A stretch of 64,000 nt of DNA from Cognatishimia sp. (lineage in GTDB: Bacteria; Pseudomonadota; Alphaproteobacteria; Rhodobacterales; Rhodobacteraceae). Below are positions 16,431 through 26,959 of the stretch, in pieces (within the stretch, counting starts at the first letter, position 1; the number at the start of each line of letters is the position of its first letter). Position numbers and translations under genes: made by a program. The stretch lies in contig JBOEGL010000007.1 in assembly GCA_050633405.1 (NCBI GenBank), positions 184,892 to 248,891 on the forward strand, in the 5' to 3' direction. The notes under the pieces were generated by a model. It was not told where the DNA came from. It saw nothing but the letters and a program-made list of their open reading frames with translations, and did no database searches.

Positions 16431-17216
16431 TTAGCTGTGGCAGTGGCCGTTGGAATAGCGAAAGAGGGTCTCGCCAAGAGCCTGTGCCACATCCTGTGAC
16501 AAAACCTGAAATTGCAGTTTTTCTGGCATCGTCACCGTGGCAGCGAGCAAGGTATCGCGCTGTGCAGAGTTTCCATTAAAAGCCCGTGTCATATGAAAGG
16601 TCATTGGCTCGGGTATATTCGCGAGGCGTTCAGAGAAATCAAAGTACGCCGGAGCATCCGGATGGGGCGTCGGTTTCGGGGCTTTCTCTTGGAAATTGCT
16701 GACACTGGAACTGATCAATGAGATCGTCAGAGATCGTGTTGGATCGCGCAGCAGATCGCGGATGTTTTCCTTGGAGTCAAATTGGGTGATCTGCTGGTTT
16801 CCTGACGAACCCTGTAGGGTCAATTTGCTGGTTTTCATAGCGAATTGATCAGGGACCTCGGTCAAAATGCGTTGGGCCTGGTCCTCCATTGACAGGGTCA
16901 TTGGCCCACGTTGCAGGATCAGGATAGCCTGATCTTTTTTGGTGGGCAGGATACGTGCTTTGGAAAAGTCAAACAGGCCAAGATCAGCGCGCATGAGCGC
17001 ATGGGTGAAATGGGTTTGATCTGCGTTTTGCTGCGCAACTGATATGGTGAGCTGGCATTTGTGAACTGATACATCGGCTTCTAGCAATCCGGGCACGGCA
17101 GAGCGCAAGACCTGTGTGACATCTTGGTCGGTCGGGGCGGTGTCACGGTATAGAAAGTACCAGGCGGTAAAACCCGCTATTGCCAGACACGCGACGAATG
17201 CAAAAATACGCATCAA
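16431..17216 (-). CDS. Hypothetical membrane-anchored/exported protein
   Basis: 261-aa ORF with an N-terminal hydrophobic helix, directly downstream of and co-oriented with cobS. No family recognised. Confidence 0.6.
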   Translation of the reverse strand: MMRIFAFVACLAIAGFTAWYFLYRDTAPTDQDVTQVLRSAVPGLLEADVSVHKCQLTISVAQQNADQTHFTHALMRADLGLFDFSKARILPTKKDQAILILQRGPMTLSMEDQAQRILTEVPDQFAMKTSKLTLQGSSGNQQITQFDSKENIRDLLRDPTRSLTISLISSSVSNFQEKAPKPTPHPDAPAYFDFSERLANIPEPMTFHMTRAFNGNSAQRDTLLAATVTMPEKLQFQVLSQDVAQALGETLFRYSNGHCHS

Positions 17217-17228
17217 ATCATCCTCAGT

Positions 17229-17975
17229 TTAAGCCAACGCCATTAAAAGCGTGATCATAGTCACTTGCTGGCTCGCGCCAAGTACATCTCCGGTTTGCCC
17301 GCCAATTTTGCGTTTCGCAAGCCATGCGATGCCAAATGCTGCCATTGCAGCAAGCAGCGCCAGCTTTAACCCATCCCACCCGAGCGCAAATAGGGCAAAG
17401 CAAGTCGCGACGGCCAGTCCCAGGATAACTGGGTTAAGGTGCGGGCGCCCCTGCGCATGGCTGAGCCCCGCGTCACGCGCATGGGGCAGGGCCAGCATTA
17501 TTACAGGCATAAAACTGCGTGATAAAACTTCGACCGCAAGCAGGGGCCAAAACCAGGATCCAGCCTCTATCAGGAGCCAGATTGCCAGCCACCTAAGTCC
17601 AAGGGAAAGAAACAGGGCCAAGACGCCATAGCTGCCAATTTGGCTGTCTTTCATGATTTCCAGCCGGCGGTTCGTGCTCCATCCGCCCCAGAAGCCATCG
17701 CAGCAATCTGCGAGCCCGTCTTCATGCATTGCACCGGTTAATAAAATTGTGCTGGTCAGCCAAACGCCTGCGACCAGGGGCGTTGCGATATTTAGCCAAA
17801 GCGCAAACCCGGTCACGCCACCTGCGATCAGCGAAACAATCAGCCCCACAATTGGATAGGCCCACACAGCTTGGGCACTACGGCCGAACTCTGCTTTCAC
17901 GGGCAAGCGTGTCAACAGCGCAATCGCAATTAGAATATCGCCAGGTCTTGCCAGCGACGTGTCGTCCTTTTGCAT
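17229..17975 (-). CDS. cobS: Adenosylcobinamide-GDP ribazoletransferase
   Basis: LLTRLP, LTGAMHEDGLADCCDGF, IMKDSQIGSYG, GGQTGDVLGA. Confidence 0.95.
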   Translation of the reverse strand: MQKDDTSLARPGDILIAIALLTRLPVKAEFGRSAQAVWAYPIVGLIVSLIAGGVTGFALWLNIATPLVAGVWLTSTILLTGAMHEDGLADCCDGFWGGWSTNRRLEIMKDSQIGSYGVLALFLSLGLRWLAIWLLIEAGSWFWPLLAVEVLSRSFMPVIMLALPHARDAGLSHAQGRPHLNPVILGLAVATCFALFALGWDGLKLALLAAMAAFGIAWLAKRKIGGQTGDVLGASQQVTMITLLMALA

Positions 17976-18055
17976 CTGAAAGTCCTTTACTGGCTTGCCC
18001 AAGGCGGTGGGTCAGGTAAACACCGAGCGGACGCGCGAAACAACAGGAGCCTGCT

Positions 18056-19066
18056 ATGACAGCCGCATTTTCCAACCTTAATGAATTTCGCACTCTCCTT
18101 GCAGGGGCAAAAGGCCCAAATGCAAAGGCACAGAATGAGGCCGAAGAGCGCAATGGTCAGCTGACCAAACCTCCGGGTGCATTGGGACGCCTGGAAGATT
18201 TGGCAATTTGGTACGCTGCTTGGCGCGGTACAGCGCGCCCTGAAATCGCCAATCCGCAAGTGATTGTGTTTGCAGGAAACCACGGCATCACGGCACAGGG
18301 TGTTTCGGCGTTTCCTGCGGAGGTTACCGAGCAAATGGTTTTGAACTTTCAGCATGGTGGTGCCGCGATCAACCAATTGTCGCGCGCTGCAGGGGCTAAG
18401 CTTTCTGTACATGCGCTTGCGCTCGAAACGCCAACGGCTGATTTCACGCAAGGCCCCGCGATGAGCGAGGCAGAGGTTGTAGAGGCATTACGCACTGGTT
18501 GGGACGCTGTGGATGGCAACACCGATCTTTTGGTCGTCGGTGAAATGGGCATCGGCAACACAACGTCGGGTGCTGCTATCCTAAACGCGATCTATGGTGG
18601 TGCGGCCGAAGATTGGGTGGGCCGAGGAACAGGGGTTGATGACGCAGGTCTGCGTCTAAAGGCTGAGGTCGTGCAGGCAGGGATCAAAGCCAATGGCGCT
18701 GTGACCGGGCTTGAGGCGCTGCGGTGTCTTGGCGGCCGTGAACTTGCCGCAATGGCAGGCGCAATTGCGCGCGCGCGGGTTGATCATATACCGGTTATTC
18801 TGGATGGCTTTATTTGTACTGCGGCAGCGGTCAGCTTGCTGGACGCACTAGACAGTGCATTGGATCACGCGATTGCGGGCCATGCGTCAGCAGAAGCCGC
18901 GCATTTTAATGTGCTGAAGAAATTGGGAAAAGAACCCTTGTTGGCGATGAATATGCGTTTGGGTGAGGCCTCGGGTGGGGCTTTGGCAATCAACATACTC
19001 AAAAGCGCCATAGCCTGTCATTCTGGCATGGCCACCTTCGCCGAAGCCGGCGTTTCTGACAGCTGA
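18056..19066 (+). CDS. cobT: Nicotinate-nucleotide--dimethylbenzimidazole phosphoribosyltransferase
   Basis: [35 protein letters not shown]. Confidence 0.95.
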   Translation: MTAAFSNLNEFRTLLAGAKGPNAKAQNEAEERNGQLTKPPGALGRLEDLAIWYAAWRGTARPEIANPQVIVFAGNHGITAQGVSAFPAEVTEQMVLNFQHGGAAINQLSRAAGAKLSVHALALETPTADFTQGPAMSEAEVVEALRTGWDAVDGNTDLLVVGEMGIGNTTSGAAILNAIYGGAAEDWVGRGTGVDDAGLRLKAEVVQAGIKANGAVTGLEALRCLGGRELAAMAGAIARARVDHIPVILDGFICTAAAVSLLDALDSALDHAIAGHASAEAAHFNVLKKLGKEPLLAMNMRLGEASGGALAINILKSAIACHSGMATFAEAGVSDS

Positions 19067-19233
19067 TTACTTGTTTTTGCGGGGCGATTGCCTTGGCAGG
19101 CTGTCTGCCCCGCATGGTGCTTCATAGCTGAGGTGTCGCGAGAAAGGTTTTGGGCACCGGGGCCGGTCGGACCTGCAATAGTAAAATATGTTTGCTGGCC
19201 AAGTTTGGTCTTCTTCGCGAAGAACTGGCAAAT

Positions 19234-19247
19234 TTTACGCGCGTCAA
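19234..19247. promoter_or_regulatory. Candidate LacI-family operator upstream of the regulator gene
   Basis: TTTACGCGCGTCAA, one mismatch from the perfect palindrome at 20388. Confidence 0.65.
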
Positions 19248-19323
19248 TTAAGGTGGGTCTGAACACGCGGCAGATGTGCGTTTGGACGAGACCCAGGGGT
19301 AGGGCGAAGGAGACAGGCCGGAG

Positions 19324-20355
19324 ATGAGCGACCCAAAAATCAAGAATATGGATGATTTTGCTTCAGTAAGCGGCATTTCACGTCCAACGATTTCAAAGTA
19401 CTTTAACGACCCATCTAGCGTGCGTAAGACCACGCGTGAACGCATCGAACGCGCGCTTGAGCAGTTTGACTATCGCCCAAATATGTATGCGATGAACCAA
19501 AATAGGCGACTGACCAAGAATATCGGCATCGTTGTTCCCTATCTGGCTGACCCATTCTTTGTGGAAATGGCACGTAATATCGAAAATCATGTATTGGAGG
19601 CCGGTTTTCGACCGGTTTTGCTGGGCTCACATGGGGACCCGGAAAGTGAAATAGAAAACCTTGAAAACTTGCGTCTGATGAAACCGGCAGGGGTATTGCT
19701 GGCCCCACTGGGGCGCGGATCAGATCCAGAGCGCATCGAAGCCTTTTGCAAAGATGTTCCAACGGTGCTGTTTGACGCCAATATTGAGGATTTGGGCGCG
19801 GCATTCATCGGCTCTAACAATGATCAAAGCGTGAATTTGATTGTCGAATACTTGTGTCGTACAGGCGAACCTCCGGCATTCTTTGAAATGAAAACACCAG
19901 TAAACCCAAACGCGCTTAAACGTCGTACAGCCTATGTTCAATCGATGGAGCGTCTGGGTCATACGCCGAATTTGATTCAGGCTGACGGCGAAGGATGGGA
20001 TTTCGAAGAAATCGGGTTTCGCGAGGGAACCAGAGTCATTTTGGAACGCAATTTACCGTCTGACACAATCCTATGCAGCAACGACCGTTTGGCGATTGGT
20101 TTTTTGTCGGCGGCGTATCAACAGGGGCTACGTATCGGGATGGCTGACAATTGCGCCTTACGTGTCGCAGGCCACGATGATCACCCGTATTCGCGCTATA
20201 GCTGCCCGACATTAACAACGGTTTCGCAAGATTATGTTGCGATTGCAGCGCAAAGCGCCGCCACGCTTATAGACCTTATCGAGTCGGGCAAAACCGGCGA
20301 AGCCAAGAAGAATACATTATTTGATGGCAACCTTATTATGCGGGGATCCGCTTAA
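19324..20355 (+). CDS. LacI family regulator of the polyol operon (SmoC-like position)
   Basis: MDDFASVSGISRPTISKYFN HTH, YRPN hinge, sugar-binding domain; directly precedes smoE. Confidence 0.9.
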   Translation: MSDPKIKNMDDFASVSGISRPTISKYFNDPSSVRKTTRERIERALEQFDYRPNMYAMNQNRRLTKNIGIVVPYLADPFFVEMARNIENHVLEAGFRPVLLGSHGDPESEIENLENLRLMKPAGVLLAPLGRGSDPERIEAFCKDVPTVLFDANIEDLGAAFIGSNNDQSVNLIVEYLCRTGEPPAFFEMKTPVNPNALKRRTAYVQSMERLGHTPNLIQADGEGWDFEEIGFREGTRVILERNLPSDTILCSNDRLAIGFLSAAYQQGLRIGMADNCALRVAGHDDHPYSRYSCPTLTTVSQDYVAIAAQSAATLIDLIESGKTGEAKKNTLFDGNLIMRGSA

Positions 20356-20387
20356 GTAATTGTATAAATTTGATAAAATATAAAAAC

Positions 20388-20401
20388 TTTACGCGCGTAA
20401 A
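20388..20401. promoter_or_regulatory. Candidate LacI-family operator upstream of smoE
   Basis: Perfect 14-bp palindrome TTTACGCGCGTAAA next to TTGACG (20409-20414). Confidence 0.75.
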
Positions 20402-20471
20402 AAATAAATTGACGCGAGGCAGTGTTTGGCGCTAGCCTTTAGGCACAACATCCAATTATGGGAGGATACGG

Positions 20472-21776
20472 ATGTCTTTGAAGAACACACTTCGTGCGGC
20501 CACCGCCTTGTCGGTGCTTGCCACGACAGCGGCTTTTGCCGACACGATCACAATTGCAACTGTGAACAACGGTGACATGATCCGCATGCAGGGGCTGACC
20601 AGCGATTTTACCGCCAAAACGGGCCACGACGTTGAGTGGGTCACATTGGAAGAAAACATTCTGCGTCAGCGTGTGACACAGGACATCGCGACCAAGGGCG
20701 GACAATTCGACATCATGACCATCGGCATGTACGAAACGCCGATCTGGGGAGCTCAGAACTGGTTGGTTCCACTGAATGATCTGTCTGCAGGTTACGACAT
20801 CGACGATTTGCTTCCTGCAATGCGCAATGGCTTGTCACATGATGGCACCATGTATGCAGCGCCATTTTATGGTGAGTCATCCATGGTGTTTTACCGCACT
20901 GACCTGATGGAAGCAGCGGGCCTTGAAATGCCGGCCTCACCAACTTGGGGCTTTATTCGTGAAGCCGCCTTGGCGATGACAGACAAGGAAAACGAAATCT
21001 ATGGTGCCTGCCTGCGCGGCAAAGCGGGCTGGGGCGACAACATGGCGTTTGTCACATCTATGGCCAATTCTTTTGGCGCGCGTTGGTTTGACGAAGACTG
21101 GAAGCCGCAGTTTGACTCACCAGAGTGGCAAGAAACACTGACGTTCTATCTTGATTTGATGGAGCAAGCAGGCCCTCCAGGATCTTCAGGCAACAGCTTT
21201 AACGAAAACCTGACGCTGTTTAATCAAGGCAAATGTGGCATGTGGATTGACGCCACTGTTGCGGCTTCGAAACTGACCAACCCAGAGGATTCCGTTGTTG
21301 CTGACAAAGTCGGATTTGCGCTGGCACCACATAAAGAGGGTGTGTCCAAAAACGGCAACTGGCTTTGGGCGTGGGCGTTGGCCATTCCCGCTGGAACAAA
21401 GAATGTCGATGCCGCAAAGCAGTTTATCGAATGGTCCACGTCCAAGGACTACATCGAGCTTGTCGCAGCAAACGAAGGCTGGGCAAATGTGCCTCCGGGG
21501 GCGCGGACTTCGCTGTATGAGAACCCTGAGTACCAGAAGGTTCCATTTGCACAAGTGACCCTGGAAAGCATCCTGTCAGCGGATCCAAACCAACCAACTG
21601 TTAAGCCGGTGCCATATATCGGTGTGCAATTCGCTGCGATCCCAGAATTTGCAGGCATTGCAGGTCAGGTTGGCCAAGAATTCTCGGCTGCCGTCGCAGG
21701 ACAACAGACCGCTGAACAGGCATTGGCCAAGGCACAGGCGCTGACAGCAGAAGAAATGGAAGCCGCAGGCTACTAA
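20472..21776 (+). CDS. smoE: Polyol (sorbitol/mannitol) ABC transporter substrate-binding protein
   Basis: Signal peptide, TITIATVNNGDMIRMQ, LRGKAGWGDN, WLWAWALAIP. Confidence 0.9.
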   Translation: MSLKNTLRAATALSVLATTAAFADTITIATVNNGDMIRMQGLTSDFTAKTGHDVEWVTLEENILRQRVTQDIATKGGQFDIMTIGMYETPIWGAQNWLVPLNDLSAGYDIDDLLPAMRNGLSHDGTMYAAPFYGESSMVFYRTDLMEAAGLEMPASPTWGFIREAALAMTDKENEIYGACLRGKAGWGDNMAFVTSMANSFGARWFDEDWKPQFDSPEWQETLTFYLDLMEQAGPPGSSGNSFNENLTLFNQGKCGMWIDATVAASKLTNPEDSVVADKVGFALAPHKEGVSKNGNWLWAWALAIPAGTKNVDAAKQFIEWSTSKDYIELVAANEGWANVPPGARTSLYENPEYQKVPFAQVTLESILSADPNQPTVKPVPYIGVQFAAIPEFAGIAGQVGQEFSAAVAGQQTAEQALAKAQALTAEEMEAAGY

Positions 21777-21794
21777 GCCGCGCGCCTTCCCAAC

Positions 21795-21819
21795 GAGGGC
21801 GGCGCAGGCCGCCGCCCTC
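21795..21819 (+). other. Intercistronic 10-bp stem-loop after smoE
   Basis: GAGGGCGGCG-CAGGC-CGCCGCCCTC; no U-tract. Confidence 0.7.
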
Positions 21820-21891
21820 TAGCCTACTCACCTAGAAAAGCGAATAATCGTCCAAGGCGGCAGTGTGACCGTCAACGGAGGAGATGTACTT

Positions 21892-22758
21892 ATGGCTACT
21901 CAACACTCCAGATCTGCCGCCAGGATTATGATGGCACCTGCTGTCATATTGCTCTTGGGATGGATGCTGGTTCCCCTCACGATGACACTCTACTTTTCAT
22001 TCAAGAAATACCTGCCGCTGCGCGGTGGTGATCTGGGATGGGTGGGTTTTGACAACTACGTCAGATTTGTTTCATCAAGCGCCTTTTGGCCAAGCGTTTT
22101 GACAACTTTGATCGTTGTCGGCGGTGTTTTATTTATTACGATTATTTTTGGCGTGCTTCTGGCACTTCTGCTGAACCAACCCATGTGGGGGCAAGGCATC
22201 GTCAGAATTTTAGTTATTGCTCCATTTTTTGTGATGCCGACCGTTTCTGCCTTGGTCTGGAAAAATATGTTCATGGATCCGGTAAACGGTCTGTTTGCGC
22301 ATCTTTGGAAATTCTTTGGCGCAGAGCCGGTTTCGTGGCTGAGCCAAGCGTCACTTGAATCCATCATTATGATTGTGTCTTGGCAGTGGTTGCCTTTTGC
22401 CACGCTTATTCTGCTGACCGCCATCCAGTCTTTGGACAGTGAACAGTTGGAAGCCGCGGAAATGGATGGCGCGCCACCGGTTAAGCGTTTTGCCTTTATC
22501 ACCCTGCCGCACCTGAGCCGAGCTATCACCGTAGTGGTCCTGATCCAGACGATCTTTTTGCTGTCGATCTTTGCCGAAATCTTCGTGACCACGCAGGGCG
22601 CATTTGGCACCAAAACACTCACCTATTTGATCTTTCAGCGTGTGCTTGAAAGCCAAAACGTGGGCCTTGGATCTGCCGGCGGCGTCTACGCCATCATCCT
22701 TGCCAATATCGTTGCGATCTTCCTGATGCGCATCGTCGGCAAGAACTTGGACAAGTAA
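21892..22758 (+). CDS. smoF: Polyol ABC transporter permease
   Basis: EAAEMDGA EAA loop, multiple TM helices. Confidence 0.9.
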   Translation: MATQHSRSAARIMMAPAVILLLGWMLVPLTMTLYFSFKKYLPLRGGDLGWVGFDNYVRFVSSSAFWPSVLTTLIVVGGVLFITIIFGVLLALLLNQPMWGQGIVRILVIAPFFVMPTVSALVWKNMFMDPVNGLFAHLWKFFGAEPVSWLSQASLESIIMIVSWQWLPFATLILLTAIQSLDSEQLEAAEMDGAPPVKRFAFITLPHLSRAITVVVLIQTIFLLSIFAEIFVTTQGAFGTKTLTYLIFQRVLESQNVGLGSAGGVYAIILANIVAIFLMRIVGKNLDK

Positions 22759-22769
22759 GGAATTTCATC

Positions 22770-23600
22770 ATGGCTCGCTCTGTCACGACACAACGCAAAA
22801 CCATCAATACGGTCTTTGCCTGGAGTTTTGGTCTGCTGATCTTTTTTCCGATCCTGTGGACCATCTTAACCAGCTTCAAAACTGAAGCTCAGGCCATCGC
22901 CGACCCGCCCATATTCTTGGGGTTCAATTGGACGCTGGAAAACTATTCCGCCGTCATGGAACGCTCTAACTATATGCGCTTTCTGTGGAATTCGATCTTT
23001 ATTGCCGGTGGCTCCACCATTCTGGGTATTATCATCGCAGTGCCTGCTGCCTGGTCCATGGCCTTTGTGCCGGGCAAGCGCACAAAGGATATCCTGCTTT
23101 GGATGTTGTCCACCAAAATGTTGCCGGCCGTTGGCGTGCTGTATCCGATCTATCTGATCTTTATTCGCATGGGTCTGCTGGATACGAAAATTGGCCTGAT
23201 GGTGGTTTTGATGCTTATCAACCTGCCGATCATTGTTTGGATGCTCTACACCTACTTCCGCGAAATCCCAGGGGAAATTCTGGAAGCGGCGCGGATGGAT
23301 GGGGCCAGCCTAAAGGAAGAAATCCTTTATGTTCTTACTCCGATGGCCATTCCGGGCATTGCCTCAACCCTTCTGCTCAACGTGATCCTGGCTTGGAACG
23401 AAGCGTTCTGGACCTTGAACTTGACCGCTGCAAAAGCGGCCCCGCTGACGGCCTTTATCGCCAGCTATTCAAGCCCTGAAGGCCTGTTTTACGCCAAGCT
23501 CAGCGCGGCCTCCACCATGGCCATCGCGCCAATCCTCATTCTTGGCTGGTTTAGCCAGAAACAACTTGTCAGCGGCCTGACCTTCGGCGCCGTCAAATAA
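22770..23600 (+). CDS. smoG: Polyol ABC transporter permease
   Basis: EAARMDGA, WFSQKQLVSGLTFGAVK. Confidence 0.9.
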   Translation: MARSVTTQRKTINTVFAWSFGLLIFFPILWTILTSFKTEAQAIADPPIFLGFNWTLENYSAVMERSNYMRFLWNSIFIAGGSTILGIIIAVPAAWSMAFVPGKRTKDILLWMLSTKMLPAVGVLYPIYLIFIRMGLLDTKIGLMVVLMLINLPIIVWMLYTYFREIPGEILEAARMDGASLKEEILYVLTPMAIPGIASTLLLNVILAWNEAFWTLNLTAAKAAPLTAFIASYSSPEGLFYAKLSAASTMAIAPILILGWFSQKQLVSGLTFGAVK

Positions 23601-23612
23601 GGAAATAGACCC

Positions 23613-24617
23613 ATGGGACAAATTCAACTGAACCAAGTGACCAAAAGCTTCGGCGACGTCCAGGTCATTCCACCTCTGGATCTCACCATAGAAGACGGAG
23701 AGTTCACAGTTTTCGTCGGGCCATCAGGCTGCGGGAAATCAACGCTCTTGCGGCTGATTGCGGGCCTCGAAGATATCACCTCGGGCAATATTGCGATTGA
23801 CGGGGGCGATGCCACGGATGTGCCGCCTGCCAAGCGGGGACTGGCCATGGTATTCCAGTCTTACGCATTGTATCCGCATATGTCGGTGCGCAAGAACATT
23901 GCCTTTCCAATGCGGATGGCAAAGATCGCCCAAGACGAACAGGACCGGCGCATCGAAGCGGCAGCAAAAGCGTTGAACCTGACCGACTATTTAGATCGTC
24001 GGCCTGGCCAACTGTCAGGTGGTCAGCGTCAAAGGGTTGCCATCGGCCGCGCCATCGTTCGTGAGCCGGCCGCCTTCTTGTTTGACGAACCGCTTTCCAA
24101 TTTGGATGCCGCTTTGCGTGTCGGGATGCGTCTAGAGATCAGCGAACTGCACGAACGCCTGAAAACCACAATGATCTATGTGACCCATGATCAGGTCGAA
24201 GCTATGACAATGGCGGATAAGATCGTCGTGCTGCGTGCTGGGTTTATCGAGCAGGTTGGTTCGCCTCTCGAATTGTATCACCGCCCCCGCAATGTCTTTG
24301 TAGCAGGCTTTATAGGCTCTCCTAAAATGAACATCATTTCCGGGGATGAAGCCAAAAAACACGGGGCGACCTCTATTGGTATTCGTCCAGAGCATGTTGA
24401 CGTCAGCAAAACCGAGGGCCTTTGGGAGGGCCGTGTTGGTGTCGCGGAACACTTGGGCTCTGACACCTTTATTCATGTTCACAATACAGGCTTGGCAGAG
24501 ATGTTAACGGTGCGCATCACAGGTGACATCGAAGCCCGCCACGGCGACACGATTTACCTGAACCCTCAGATGGATAAGCTGCATAAATTTGATGCCCAAG
24601 GATTGCGGGTCGAATGA
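23613..24617 (+). CDS. smoK: Polyol ABC transporter ATP-binding protein
   Basis: [29 protein letters not shown]. Confidence 0.93.
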   Translation: MGQIQLNQVTKSFGDVQVIPPLDLTIEDGEFTVFVGPSGCGKSTLLRLIAGLEDITSGNIAIDGGDATDVPPAKRGLAMVFQSYALYPHMSVRKNIAFPMRMAKIAQDEQDRRIEAAAKALNLTDYLDRRPGQLSGGQRQRVAIGRAIVREPAAFLFDEPLSNLDAALRVGMRLEISELHERLKTTMIYVTHDQVEAMTMADKIVVLRAGFIEQVGSPLELYHRPRNVFVAGFIGSPKMNIISGDEAKKHGATSIGIRPEHVDVSKTEGLWEGRVGVAEHLGSDTFIHVHNTGLAEMLTVRITGDIEARHGDTIYLNPQMDKLHKFDAQGLRVE

Positions 24618-25387
24618 TGCGCTTGGCTGGAAAATCAGCCCTTGTGACAGGCGGCGCGCGCGGCATAGGGCGCGCATTTGCAAAGGCTTTCATTGAAGAA
24701 GGTGCGCAGGTTGCGATTGCCGATATCAATGGGGCGCAGGCAGAACAAACCGCGCTAAAGCTCGGGCCTAACGCGATTGCGGTTGAAATGGATGTTGCCT
24801 CGCAGGGCAGCATTGAAACTGCGGTCGCACAAACGATCAAGGTGTTTGGTGGCATTGATATTCTGGTGAACAATGCGGCGGTGTTCACCGCTGCACCAAT
24901 CACCGAAATCAGCCGCGCGGATTTTGATCGTGCCTTTGCGATCAACGTCGCAGGCTGTCTTTTCACCATGCAAGCAGTCGCGCGCCAAATGATTGATCGC
25001 GGTAAAGGCGGCAAAATCATCAATATGGCCAGTCAGGCCGGACGCCGCGGTGAAGCTTTGGTTGGCGTTTACTGTGCCTCTAAGGCGGCAGTGATCAGTT
25101 TGACCCAATCCGCAGGTCTGAATTTGATCGCGCATGGGATCAATGTGAATGCCATCGCGCCGGGCGTTGTTGACGGGGATCATTGGGACGAAGTCGACGC
25201 CATTTTCGCAAAATATGAGAATAAGCCCCTTGGCCAAAAGAAGTTGGAAGTGGGCAAGGCTGTTCCATTTGGGCGGATGGGCTGCGCCGAGGATCTGACA
25301 GGCATGGCGGTGTTTCTGGCCAGTCAAGATGCCGACTATGTCGTCGCGCAGACCTACAACGTGGATGGCGGACAATGGATGAGCTGA
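24614..25387 (+). CDS. smoS: Sorbitol (L-iditol) dehydrogenase, SDR family
   Basis: [39 protein letters not shown]. Confidence 0.9.
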   Translation: MMRLAGKSALVTGGARGIGRAFAKAFIEEGAQVAIADINGAQAEQTALKLGPNAIAVEMDVASQGSIETAVAQTIKVFGGIDILVNNAAVFTAAPITEISRADFDRAFAINVAGCLFTMQAVARQMIDRGKGGKIINMASQAGRRGEALVGVYCASKAAVISLTQSAGLNLIAHGINVNAIAPGVVDGDHWDEVDAIFAKYENKPLGQKKLEVGKAVPFGRMGCAEDLTGMAVFLASQDADYVVAQTYNVDGGQWMS

Positions 25388-25412
25388 GAGGCCTTTGCGC
25401 GGAGAAGATACG

Positions 25413-26888
25413 ATGAAGCTAGCGATTGAAACGCTCTCAAGCCTGCCAGATGCAGTGTTGCGCCCGCAGTATATCAGCGCTGCGCTAAAGCCCGGCATAG
25501 TGCATATTGGCTTGGGTAATTTCCACCGAGCACACCAGGCTTGGTATCTGCATCGTTTGATGCAGATGGGCCAAGCGCAAGATTGGGCGATCGTCGGCGC
25601 AAGTGTGCGGACAAACGACATTGCCATACGGGATAAATTGAAAGCTCAGGATTGCCTGACAACATTGATCGCGCTGGATCCGGCGGGCACGTCTGCTGAA
25701 GTCATCGGCTCTATGATAGACTATTTGCCTATCGAGGACGGCAATGGGTCTCTTATCGAAATGCTGGCAAATCCGGCCATTAAAATTGCATCGTTGACCG
25801 TCACCGAAAGCGGGTATTTTGTGGACACGGCCACTGGGAAGTTGGATCTGAGCCATTCAGATTTGCAGTTTGACCTGGCAAACCCCGCTACGCCGCGCAC
25901 CGTGTTTGGTGCGATTGTCGCGGCCCTTAAGCTGCGTCGGGCAGCGAGGGTTGGCCCGTTTACCGTGCAAAGTTGCGACAATCTGCAAGGCAACGGGAAT
26001 ATTGCGCGACAAGCGGTTGTTGGCCTGGCAAACCAGTTAGATCCAGAGCTTGCCCAATGGATTGATCAGGCCGTGTCGTTTCCAAATTCCATGGTGGACT
26101 GCATTGTGCCCGCCACCGGTCCTACAGAAATTGCGCGGGCCTTGGCTATGGGCATAGACGACAAGGTCCCGGTCACCCATGAAAACTATCGGCAATGGGT
26201 GATGGAGGATGATTTTTGCGCTGGGCGTCCAGATTGGGACCTCGTCGGGGCAATTTTCACAGAGGCTGTGCATGACCACGAAAAGATGAAGATGCGCGTT
26301 TTAAATGCGGGGCATCAAGTGATCGCCAATGTGGGCGAACTTCTGTCTATTGAAACGATATCTGATTGTCTGAAACATCCTGTAATCGCGTCCTTTTTTC
26401 GCAAAGTTCAACACGAAGAGATCGCACCCTATGTAAAGCCCGTACCCGGCATGTTGCCCTCGGATTATGTCGATCTGATCGAGGCCCGTTTTTCCAATGC
26501 GTATATTTTGGATACGACGCGTCGCGTCGCATTTGATGGTTCGTCTCGCCATCCTGGTTTTGTGCTGCCCATTCTGCGCGATGCCCTGCGGGCGGGTGGC
26601 ACCATAGAGGGCTTGGCACTTGTCGAGGCGCTTTGGGCGCGGATGTGTGCGGGCACGCGGCAAGATGGCACTCAAATTGCGCCCAATGATCCGCAATGGG
26701 ACAGTTTGGTCACTGTGGCTTTGGCGGCGCGCGATGAGCCGCAATGCTGGCTGAAACAGCGTCAAATCTATGGGGATCTGGCGCAGAATGCCGCGTTTTC
26801 CACTGCATTTGAGATCTGGTTGCGAGAGATCTGGGACAATGGCTGCGAGGCCGCCTTGAGAATCTATACAAGGCCAACGGCGCTCTGA
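25413..26888 (+). CDS. mtlK: Mannitol 2-dehydrogenase
   Basis: HIGLGNFHRAHQA, SCDNLQGNG, FPNSMVDCIVP, KMRVLNAGH. Confidence 0.92.
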   Translation: MKLAIETLSSLPDAVLRPQYISAALKPGIVHIGLGNFHRAHQAWYLHRLMQMGQAQDWAIVGASVRTNDIAIRDKLKAQDCLTTLIALDPAGTSAEVIGSMIDYLPIEDGNGSLIEMLANPAIKIASLTVTESGYFVDTATGKLDLSHSDLQFDLANPATPRTVFGAIVAALKLRRAARVGPFTVQSCDNLQGNGNIARQAVVGLANQLDPELAQWIDQAVSFPNSMVDCIVPATGPTEIARALAMGIDDKVPVTHENYRQWVMEDDFCAGRPDWDLVGAIFTEAVHDHEKMKMRVLNAGHQVIANVGELLSIETISDCLKHPVIASFFRKVQHEEIAPYVKPVPGMLPSDYVDLIEARFSNAYILDTTRRVAFDGSSRHPGFVLPILRDALRAGGTIEGLALVEALWARMCAGTRQDGTQIAPNDPQWDSLVTVALAARDEPQCWLKQRQIYGDLAQNAAFSTAFEIWLREIWDNGCEAALRIYTRPTAL

Positions 26889-26959
26889 ATTGTGCGGGAT
26901 ATGCACAGTTTCAAATTCGGTTTGCGTGAACCCCTGGCATTTAATCAAAGGCTTAAAAG

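Noticed and set aside
17976-18055. Cobalamin riboswitch at cobS/cobT
   Set aside because: The spacer is only 80 nt and contains no B12-box-like sequence.
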